Assembly: GCA_041577295.1 (NCBI GenBank)
Contig: JBFGJG010000060.1
Location: 1 to 23,444 of the forward strand
Length of the DNA stretch: 23,444 nucleotides
Source: Gemmatimonadales bacterium
GTDB lineage: Bacteria > Gemmatimonadota > Gemmatimonadetes > Gemmatimonadales > GWC2-71-9
Direction: 5' to 3'
In this document: piece by piece, positions 16,128 to 23,444 of the stretch
Layout: each line of letters begins with the position of its first letter
How positions within the stretch are numbered: the stretch's first letter is position 1
Translations under genes and position numbers: made by a program
Notes under the pieces: generated by a model
Database searches by the model: none
What the model was told of the DNA's origin: nothing
What the model saw: the letters and a program-made list of their open reading frames with translations, nothing else

Positions 16128-17360
16128 ATGCCCGACATCTGCTTGTATTGCCAAGTCCACCAGCCCTATCGTCTCCGGCGATATCGTTTCTTCGACATCG
16201 GCACAGATACCGACTACTTCGATGTCGAGGCGAATCGATCGATCCTTCGCAAGGTTGCCGCGAAGTGCTATTTGCCAGCCAATCAGCTGCTCCTGCGAAT
16301 GATCGAGGACTCGAGCGGCACCTTTCGCCTCGCCCTCAGCATCACCGGTACGGTTCTGGAGCAGCTGGCCGACGCCGCACCAGAGACGCTGGAAAGCTTC
16401 CAGAGGCTGGTCGCCACGGGTGCGGTCGAGCTCCTCGGCGAGACCTATTATCACAGCCTGGCTTCCCTAGCGGACCGAGATGAGTTCGAGCAACAAGTGG
16501 TGTTGCACCGAATGACTATCCACAAATGGTTTGGCAAGTGGCCTACGGTGTTCCGCAACACAGAGCTGATCTACAGCGACGACCTGGCATCCGTCGTTGC
16601 AGGCCTGGGTTTCCAAGGTGTACTGGTCGAAGGCGCCGAACGGGCCTTGGGGTGGCGCCTGCCCAATTTCGTTTACGAAGCGGCAACTGCACCCGGACTT
16701 GTCGTGATCCCGCGAAACTACCAGCTGAGCGACGACGTCGGGTTTCGTTTCTCAAACCGTAACTGGCACGGATGGCCACTTACTGCAGACCGATATGCGT
16801 CCTGGATCGCCAGCAGCCCCGGTGACAGCGTGCATCTCTTCGTAGACTACGAGACGTTCGGCGAGCACCAGTGGGCGGATACGGGAATCTTTGAGTTTCT
16901 AGGACACCTGCCCGCCGAATGTGCACGACGCGGCATCAGCTTCGTTCATCCAAGAGATCTGGCCAAGCGCCAGCCCGTCGACAAACTCGCATTCCCCACC
17001 CCCACTTCGTGGGCGGATACGGAGCGAGACGTTACCGCGTGGCTCGGGAACGGACTCCAGCATGCAGCGCAGCAGCGGTTGTACGCGTTACGAGACCGGG
17101 TATTGCTTTCGGGTGACAGGAGGACGATCGAGCGGTGGAGACGGCTCACCACGAGCGATCACCTGTACTACATGTGCACCAAGTGGTTCTCGGATGGCGA
17201 CGTACATAAGTACTTCAGCCCGTATGACACGCCATACGATGCGTTCATCGCCTTCATGAACGTGGTGGAGGATCTGGAGCAAGCGCTCGCACCGCAGCTG
17301 GTCGAGCAACCACCACACCTCGCATGGCCCGGATACGGCGAGATGGCATGTATGGCATAG
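16128..17360 (+). CDS. Glycoside hydrolase family 57 (alpha-amylase-like)
   Basis: QVHQPYRLR, KCYLPAN, ETYYHSL, FRNTELIY, LSDDVGFRFS, DYETFGEHQ, SWADTERD, SDHLYYMCTK. Confidence 0.94.
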   Translation: MPDICLYCQVHQPYRLRRYRFFDIGTDTDYFDVEANRSILRKVAAKCYLPANQLLLRMIEDSSGTFRLALSITGTVLEQLADAAPETLESFQRLVATGAVELLGETYYHSLASLADRDEFEQQVVLHRMTIHKWFGKWPTVFRNTELIYSDDLASVVAGLGFQGVLVEGAERALGWRLPNFVYEAATAPGLVVIPRNYQLSDDVGFRFSNRNWHGWPLTADRYASWIASSPGDSVHLFVDYETFGEHQWADTGIFEFLGHLPAECARRGISFVHPRDLAKRQPVDKLAFPTPTSWADTERDVTAWLGNGLQHAAQQRLYALRDRVLLSGDRRTIERWRRLTTSDHLYYMCTKWFSDGDVHKYFSPYDTPYDAFIAFMNVVEDLEQALAPQLVEQPPHLAWPGYGEMACMA

Positions 17361-17413
17361 ATAGTAGGGATAGTAGGGATAGTAGGGATAGTAGGGATTG
17401 TAGGGATTGTAGG
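17360..17413. repeat. 9-bp tandem repeat (GATAGTAGG)x4 + (GATTGTAGG)x2
   Basis: Six contiguous units starting at the last base of the GH57 stop codon, followed by the hairpin GGAGAGGG/CCCTCTCC at 17415-17436. Confidence 0.95.
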
Positions 17414-17504
17414 AGGAGAGGGGATGCTCCCTCTCCCTTCCCCGATTGCGTCTCCTCAGTCCAATTTCTCCCAATCTTCCTGCAGCTCAGCCATGGAGTC
17501 ATGA

Positions 17505-19340
17505 ATGACCTATAGGCCTATTGAGGACTACGGCATCATCGGCGATATGCATACGGCCGCCCTGGTTGGCATCGACGGATCCATCGACTGGTTGTGTTAC
17601 CCTCGTTTCGACTCCCCTAGCATCTTTGCGGCTATTCTCGATGACGAGAAGGGTGGGCGGTTTCGGGTTGCCCCGTCGTGCCCCGTTGCCGCCAGACGTC
17701 AACTCTACTGGCCCGATACCAACGTGCTGGTCACCCGCTTCCTGTCGCCGAACGGTGTCGGCGAGGTCCGTGATTTCATGCCCGTGGCTAGCAGACCGGG
17801 CCGCGACCATCGCCACCATCTCATCCGAATCGTTCGGGCCGTCCGTGGCACCATGCCGTTCGCCATGATGTGCCGGCCCGCGTTCAACTTTGCCCGTGAC
17901 GAGCATCGCGTAGAGCGATCGGACGATGGTGTGTTGTTCCGGGGCAAGGGATTGACGCTCGCATTGACGGCGGACGTGGCGCTGGACCTCGAGGACGGCG
18001 GAGCCGTCGCCACGTTTCGTCTGGACGAGGGACAGACCGCAATCATGGCGCTGGGTGAGGTCATCGAAGGTGAGGGGAAGCCTCGCAGCCTGACTGCTGC
18101 CGAAGCCGATGAAGTGTTTCGCCTCACGGTGACGTACTGGCGGCGATGGCTGAGTAACAGTCAGTACCGCGGTCGCTGGCGAGAGGCGGTGCACCGGTCG
18201 GCGCTCGCGCTCAAACTCCTCACGTACGCACCTACAGGTGCCATCGTCGCCGCTCCGACTTGTAGCCTCCCGGAAGAGATCGGGGGGATGCGCAACTGGG
18301 ATTACCGATACACCTGGATTCGAGACGCTGCATTCACGTTATATGCGTTTCTCCGCCTCGGATTCACGGATGAGGCTGCACACTTCATGGAGTGGATCGA
18401 AGCCCGCGCGCATGAACTCGAGCCCGATGGCTCGTTGCAGGTCATGTACGGGATCGACGGACGGCATGAGCTAACCGAGGAGACCCTCGATCACCTCGAG
18501 GGCTACCGAGGTTCCCACCCGGTCCGAGTGGGTAACGGCGCGTACAACCAGCTTCAGCTGGATATCTATGGTGAGCTACTTGACTCGGTGTACTTATTCA
18601 ACAAATACGGCAGTCCGATCTCATTTGAGCTGTGGACTCACCTAGTGGAGCTCACCGATTGGGTGGTGAACAACTGGCAGAAGGAGGACGAGGGCATCTG
18701 GGAGATACGCGGTGGGCGGAAGCATTTCGTCTACTCCAAGCTGATGTGTTGGGTGGCGCTCGATCGTGCGATTCGGCTCGCCGACAAACGCTCATTCCCG
18801 GCACCACGAGACAAATGGCTCGCGGCTCGCGACACCATCTATCTGGAAATCATGAACGAAGGTTGGAGCGAGACACGTGGGGCGTTCGTACAGCATTACG
18901 GAAGCGACTCGTTAGACGCGGCGAACCTCATGATGCCTTTGGTGTTCTTCCTCTCGCCCACGGATCCCAGAACGCTGAGCATGCTCGAGGCCGTCGTGCA
19001 ATCACCATCGAAAGGGGGGCTCGTGTCAAATGGCCTCGTGCACCGATACAACCTCGCCGAGTCACCAGATGGTCTTCGAGGCGAGGAAGGGACCTTCAAC
19101 ATCTGTACCTTCTGGCTCGTCGAGGCGATGACCCGTGCGGGCAAGATCGACCACAAATGGCTGGAAACCGCACGTCTTACATTCGAGCAGATGCTCGGCT
19201 ATGCCAACCACCTTGGGCTGTATGCGGAAGAAACGGGACCGAGCGGCGAAGCGCTCGGTAATTTCCCCCAAGCATTCACGCACCTGAGCCTCATCAGCGC
19301 GGCGTATAACCTGGACCGGGCGCTGGGAGAGCATGATTAG
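17505..19340 (+). CDS. Glycoside hydrolase family 15 (glucoamylase/trehalase-like)
   Basis: [63 protein letters not shown]. Confidence 0.95.
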   Translation: MTYRPIEDYGIIGDMHTAALVGIDGSIDWLCYPRFDSPSIFAAILDDEKGGRFRVAPSCPVAARRQLYWPDTNVLVTRFLSPNGVGEVRDFMPVASRPGRDHRHHLIRIVRAVRGTMPFAMMCRPAFNFARDEHRVERSDDGVLFRGKGLTLALTADVALDLEDGGAVATFRLDEGQTAIMALGEVIEGEGKPRSLTAAEADEVFRLTVTYWRRWLSNSQYRGRWREAVHRSALALKLLTYAPTGAIVAAPTCSLPEEIGGMRNWDYRYTWIRDAAFTLYAFLRLGFTDEAAHFMEWIEARAHELEPDGSLQVMYGIDGRHELTEETLDHLEGYRGSHPVRVGNGAYNQLQLDIYGELLDSVYLFNKYGSPISFELWTHLVELTDWVVNNWQKEDEGIWEIRGGRKHFVYSKLMCWVALDRAIRLADKRSFPAPRDKWLAARDTIYLEIMNEGWSETRGAFVQHYGSDSLDAANLMMPLVFFLSPTDPRTLSMLEAVVQSPSKGGLVSNGLVHRYNLAESPDGLRGEEGTFNICTFWLVEAMTRAGKIDHKWLETARLTFEQMLGYANHLGLYAEETGPSGEALGNFPQAFTHLSLISAAYNLDRALGEHD

Positions 19341-19403
19341 GAGCTGGAGAGGCAACATCGGCGGGTTGGGTTCTTAGTCTCCAGGCTCAAGCCGTAGAGA
19401 GGA

Positions 19404-19461
19404 AGTGAATCCGCGGGGTCCCCGTCATTGAACCGGATGAGGGGAGCCCCACGGCTTCACT
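19404..19461. terminator. Long imperfect hairpin between the convergent GH15 and DUF417 genes
   Basis: AGTGAAtCCGcGGGgTCCCCgTCAT...ATGAGGGGAgCCCaCGGcTTCACT. Confidence 0.55.
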
Positions 19462-19473
19462 GGCTGAGTATGG

Positions 19474-20001
19474 TCACGCTGAGGCACGCGATGGAGGGTA
19501 CGGCACCCATGACGTCTCGCGACTCTTGACGGCTCGGAATGCTTCTGCCGCCGTCACCATCGCGGCCCCGAGCAGGATCACATCTTTGATGATAAAGGCC
19601 CCGCCGCTCGATGGGACGATCAGCCATTCGACGCGCTCGAACATTCCCGGCGTGGTAATGAGAAAGCTCAAGGTCGTGAGGAACATCCCGATCGCCCCCA
19701 AGCTGCCGAGTGCCGACAGCGTGGGGGTAACCCGGCGTGAAGCAATGAGGATCGCGATCACGATCTCCATCGAGCCGATTGCGCGGCTCGCACCTTGGAC
19801 ATCGGTAATCAGGTAAAGCCACGACAGAAGCGGGTTATTGGATAGCAGAGGCTCAATCGCTGCCGCCTCGGCTGCGGTGAATTTGAAAAATCCAAGCCAC
19901 AAAATGATCCCGATCAAGCCAAAGCGGAGAATTGGTACCGCACCCCGCGATAGACCATCGGAAATCCGTTGATCGGTGAAGAGCTTTTCTGCGAACTGCA
20001 T
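19474..20001 (-). CDS. DUF417 (YkgB/RclC-like) inner-membrane protein
   Basis: LRFGL...WLGFFKFTAAEAAAIEPLLSNNPLLSWLY, FLTTLSFLITTPG, FIIKDVILLG. RBS GGAGG before ATG20001. Confidence 0.88.
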   Translation of the reverse strand: MQFAEKLFTDQRISDGLSRGAVPILRFGLIGIILWLGFFKFTAAEAAAIEPLLSNNPLLSWLYLITDVQGASRAIGSMEIVIAILIASRRVTPTLSALGSLGAIGMFLTTLSFLITTPGMFERVEWLIVPSSGGAFIIKDVILLGAAMVTAAEAFRAVKSRETSWVPYPPSRASA

Positions 20002-20031
20002 GGACACTCCTCCGAATTCTGTTGCGCAGAG

Positions 20032-20059
20032 AACGTCGATGCAGGTCGTTAGGGTTCCC
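20032..20059 (-). promoter_or_regulatory. Putative ECF promoter P7, variant GGGAAC-N17-ACGTT (DUF417 gene)
   Basis: Minus strand GGGAAC 20059-20054 and ACGTT 20036-20032. Confidence 0.65.
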
Positions 20060-20081
20060 ACGATCGATCTGCCGCTCTCAG

Positions 20082-20108
20082 GGGAACCAGCAGGCTCCCT
20101 CGGGCATT
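20082..20108 (+). promoter_or_regulatory. Putative ECF promoter P8, GGGAAC-N16-GCATT (GH63-like and debranching genes)
   Basis: GGGAAC 20082-20087 and GCATT 20104-20108. Confidence 0.8.
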
Positions 20109-20186
20109 CCTTCCAAGTCAGGCGCCCGCTAGCTTCACCTCGAAAGGCGGGGCCGTCGAAATTTGCCATCATCCGGAGGAGTGAGG

Positions 20187-22931
20187 ATGCCGCGGGAAAC
20201 CGCTGAAGCGATTCGTCTCGGCGAGGATGCAGCGCGCACGAAGAACTGGAAGCGCTGGGGACCCTACCTGTCAGAACGCCAGTGGGGTACGGTGCGTGAG
20301 GACTACTCGGCGCACGGCACCGCCTGGGATTACTTCCCACACGATCATGCCAGGAGTCGGGCATACCGGTGGGGTGAGGATGGCCTCCTCGGCATCACCG
20401 ACCGCGAAGCGCGTTTGAGCTTTGCGCTGGCGCTGTGGAACGGGCGGGATCCCATTCTCAAGGAACGCCTGTTCGGGCTCACGGGGTCTGAGGGGAACCA
20501 CGGCGAGGACGTCAAGGAGTACTACTACTACCTCGACAGTACCCCCACCCACTCGTACATGAAAGCGCTGTACAAATATCCCCAGGCCGAATTCCCGTAC
20601 GCACGTCTCGTGGAGGAGAATCGCAAGCGCGGTCTCGATGCTTTGGAGTTCGAACTACTCGATAGTGGGGTGTTTGCGGACAACCGCTACTTCGACGTGG
20701 TCGTCGAGTACGCCAAGGCTGCCCCGGACGACCTCTTGATTCGCGTGACCGCGAGCAACCGCGGTCCCGAACCTGCGACCCTGCACCTGCTTCCGACACT
20801 GTGGTTCCGCAACACCTGGTCGTGGGGGCGCGACGGGCAGGAAGGGTATTGGCCCAAACCGTCACTCCGGCGCGAACACGGAACGAGTGTACTGGCTGAA
20901 CATGCATCCCTTGGGCGGTATCGCTTGGTCTTCGACCGCGCGCCGGGTGGCAAGACGCCTGAGTTGCTGTTCACCGAGAACGAAACCAACACGCAGCGAC
21001 TGTTTGGATCACCCAACACACAACCGTACGTCAAGGATGCCTTTCACGAATACCTCATTGTGGGACGCAATGACGCGGTGAACCTCAAGGCGCTCGGCTC
21101 CAAGGCAGCCGCTGTGTACCGGCTCGAGATTCCCGCTGGCGACGAGGTGACCCTGCGGTTCCGTCTGTTCGCAGCCAGCGAGCCACCGGAAGAGCCGCTC
21201 GGCAAAGCGTTTGACAGCGTCTTCGCCAGTCGCATTCGCGAGGCCGACGAGTTCTATGCGAGCGTTTTGCCCGAGAGGGCCACCGACGAGGAACGGCGCG
21301 TCATGCGGCAGGGTTACGCCGGCCTGCTGTGGACAAAGCAATTCTTCTACTTCGTGGTCAAAGACTGGCTGGATGGTGACCCGGCCCAACCACCACCGCC
21401 TCCTGAACGCCGTTACGGGCGTAATCGGGAATGGGAGCACATGTACAATCGGGACGTCATCTCCATGCCGGACAAATGGGAGTACCCGTGGTACGCGGCA
21501 TGGGATCTCGCTTTTCACATGATTCCGTTTGCCCGGATCGACCCCGAGTTCGCCAAGCAGCAGCTCGTGCTGTTCTTGCGCGAGTGGTACATGCACCCCA
21601 ACGGCCAAATCCCCGCGTACGAGTGGGCCTTTGGCGATGTCAACCCGCCGGTACACGCGTGGGCGTGCTGGCGGGTGTACAAGATGACGGGCCCACGAGG
21701 AACACGCGATCGCGTGTTCCTCGCGCGTGTTTTCCACAAGCTGTTGCTCAACTTCACCTGGTGGGTGAATCGGAAGGATCCCGACGGCAAGAATCTCTTT
21801 GCAGGTGGGTTCTTGGGGCTGGACAACATCGGGGTGTTCGACCGGTCACAGGCCCTGCCAACTGGCGGTCACCTCGAACAGGCCGACGGGACCGCGTGGA
21901 TGGCCTTTTATTGCGGGACCCTCCTGTCGATGGCGCTCGAGCTCGCGAGCGAGGATCCTGCTTACGAGGACGTCGCCTCCAAGTTCTTCGAGCACTTCAT
22001 CGCGATTACCGACGCGATGAACGCGTTGGGCGGCACTGGCCTCTGGGATGAGCAGGATGGGTTTTATTACGACCAGCTTCACGTCGACAGCCGCGAGATT
22101 CCGCTGCGCGTCCGCTCGTTGGTCGGGTTGCTGCCCCTGGTAGCGTGCGAGATCCTCGATGAGACCGTCATCGCCCGGCTGACGGGGTTCACCAAGAGGA
22201 TGCACTGGTTCCTCGAGAATCGTCCGGATCTGGCACAACGGATCTCGTGCATGTGCTCCGGTACAAGCGATCAGCGCCTGCTTGCCGTCCCGTCACGCGA
22301 GCGTCTCGAACGGATCCTCCGCTACCTGCTCGACGAGACCGAGTTCCTCTCACCCCACGGCATCCGGTCAGTCTCACGGGTGCACGAGCGCCACCCGTTC
22401 GTGTTTCACGTGAACGGCACCGAGTATCGTGTCGATTACAACCCGGGCGAGGGCCGTACGCATCTGTTCGGAGGCAACTCCAACTGGCGCGGCCCGATCT
22501 GGTTCCCGCTCAACTATCTGATCGTCGAGGCGCTCGAGCGCTACCACCGCTTCTATGGCGATGAGTTGCAGGTGGAGTGTCCCATTGGCTCCGGCGGCAT
22601 GATGAATCTGTCAGAGGTCGCACGGGAACTCGCCACGCGACTGGGGCGGATCTTCTTACCCGACGCGCAGGGACACCGGCCGTGCCACGCTGGGGAACCA
22701 CGGTATGCCAATGACCCGCACTGGAAGGATCTCGTGTTGTTCCACGAGTACTTCCACGGCGACACTGGTCGTGGACTGGGAGCGAGCCACCAAACTGGTT
22801 GGACCGCATTGGCTATCAAGTGTCTCGAGGAGATGGCCCGCGGCAATGTGACCGAGGCCGCACGGCGACCCCGCCGGGCAACCGCCAAGGCGGCTGCGGC
22901 GCGTCGCAGGACGACCAAAAAGAACGGATGA
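20187..22931 (+). CDS. GH63-like (MGH1-like) glucosidase
   Basis: [80 protein letters not shown] precedes ATG20187. Confidence 0.92.
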   Translation: MPRETAEAIRLGEDAARTKNWKRWGPYLSERQWGTVREDYSAHGTAWDYFPHDHARSRAYRWGEDGLLGITDREARLSFALALWNGRDPILKERLFGLTGSEGNHGEDVKEYYYYLDSTPTHSYMKALYKYPQAEFPYARLVEENRKRGLDALEFELLDSGVFADNRYFDVVVEYAKAAPDDLLIRVTASNRGPEPATLHLLPTLWFRNTWSWGRDGQEGYWPKPSLRREHGTSVLAEHASLGRYRLVFDRAPGGKTPELLFTENETNTQRLFGSPNTQPYVKDAFHEYLIVGRNDAVNLKALGSKAAAVYRLEIPAGDEVTLRFRLFAASEPPEEPLGKAFDSVFASRIREADEFYASVLPERATDEERRVMRQGYAGLLWTKQFFYFVVKDWLDGDPAQPPPPPERRYGRNREWEHMYNRDVISMPDKWEYPWYAAWDLAFHMIPFARIDPEFAKQQLVLFLREWYMHPNGQIPAYEWAFGDVNPPVHAWACWRVYKMTGPRGTRDRVFLARVFHKLLLNFTWWVNRKDPDGKNLFAGGFLGLDNIGVFDRSQALPTGGHLEQADGTAWMAFYCGTLLSMALELASEDPAYEDVASKFFEHFIAITDAMNALGGTGLWDEQDGFYYDQLHVDSREIPLRVRSLVGLLPLVACEILDETVIARLTGFTKRMHWFLENRPDLAQRISCMCSGTSDQRLLAVPSRERLERILRYLLDETEFLSPHGIRSVSRVHERHPFVFHVNGTEYRVDYNPGEGRTHLFGGNSNWRGPIWFPLNYLIVEALERYHRFYGDELQVECPIGSGGMMNLSEVARELATRLGRIFLPDAQGHRPCHAGEPRYANDPHWKDLVLFHEYFHGDTGRGLGASHQTGWTALAIKCLEEMARGNVTEAARRPRRATAKAAAARRRTTKKNG

Positions 22932-23444
22932 CACCCATGGCTATTCGGTTGACAGATCAGAATGAGTGGTTGGAGGCGGACGGTCTCGGTGGATTCGCAT
23001 CGGGGACGGTGACGGGCGTACGCACGCGGCGCTATCACGGTCTCTTGCTGGTGGCGACGACGCCGCCCACGGGCCGGTACCTATTGGTGAATGGATTCGA
23101 TGCATGGGTCGAGACGGCTAACGGAGCAACGGCCCTGAGCACCCAAACGTATCTGCCGGCGGTGCAGCACCCCGATGGCGCTTCGCGCATCGTGGCGTTC
23201 GAGGCGGATCCATGGCCCATGTGGATCTACCGCCTGGGGGACCGTACCGAGGTCGTCCAAGAAATCGTCGTGCTGCACGAAAAACCCATTGTCGTGGTGA
23301 CCTGGCGGCTCAGGGAGCCTCGGTTGGGCGCTCGCTTGCGTGTACGCCCGTTCCTCTCTGGCCGTGATATTCACGCGCTGCACCATGAGAACGGCGCTTT
23401 CCGGTTCGACGCCGACCGCGTGGGACAGCAGGTAACGTGGCGGC
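22928..23444 (+). CDS. Glycogen debranching enzyme / amylo-alpha-1,6-glucosidase, N-terminal part (runs off the window)
   Basis: Manual translation gives [42 protein letters not shown], the GDE N-terminal signature. ATGA overlap with the upstream stop. Not in the ORF track, presumably because it has no stop within the window. Confidence 0.88.
   Translation, partial: MTPMAIRLTDQNEWLEADGLGGFASGTVTGVRTRRYHGLLLVATTPPTGRYLLVNGFDAWVETANGATALSTQTYLPAVQHPDGASRIVAFEADPWPMWIYRLGDRTEVVQEIVVLHEKPIVVVTWRLREPRLGARLRVRPFLSGRDIHALHHENGAFRFDADRVGQQVTWR

Noticed and set aside
17360..17413. Repeat as a CRISPR array, or as coding sequence (YYP and RDS repeat ORFs 17088..17474, 17324..17515)
   Set aside because: Contiguous 9-bp units with no spacers and no cas genes; the ORFs are low-complexity shadows overlapping GH57.
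20002..20364. N-terminal extensions given by the ORF track (also 654, 2588, 8627, 10656, 13258, 14654)
   Set aside because: They overlap neighbouring genes, spacers or promoter motifs; downstream starts have better RBSs or stop/start overlaps.
1..23444. Mobile element, prophage, rRNA or tRNA
   Set aside because: No integrase, transposase or phage genes, terminal repeats or RNA-gene signatures were recognised by eye.

Overview
GC-rich bacterial window; the style of the Ser/Thr kinases suggests Gemmatimonadota, which is an inference only. It holds about 22 CDSs in three blocks. (1) A signalling block: two paralogous SigH/SigR-like ECF sigma factors, two paralogous zinc-binding (HxxxCxxC) anti-sigma factors, an intact Ser/Thr kinase, a catalytically dead pseudokinase, a gluconolactonase-like protein, an NDH-2-like flavoprotein and a pentapeptide-repeat protein. 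(2) A minus-strand redox operon: DM13, Spondin_N, GMC oxidoreductase, glucose 1-dehydrogenase, aquaporin, VOC protein, FMN reductase and a small Zn-ribbon protein. (3) An alpha-glucan cluster: GT4, GH57, GH15, GH63-like and a debranching enzyme, with a DUF417/RclC-like gene on the opposite strand. The main hidden signal is a bipartite motif, (G)GGAAC-N16/17-RCATT. It occurs 7 times exactly plus one ACGTT variant, always intergenic and oriented toward a downstream gene, and includes two back-to-back divergent pairs. Most of the window therefore looks like one physically clustered ECF-sigma stress regulon that also encodes its own regulators.
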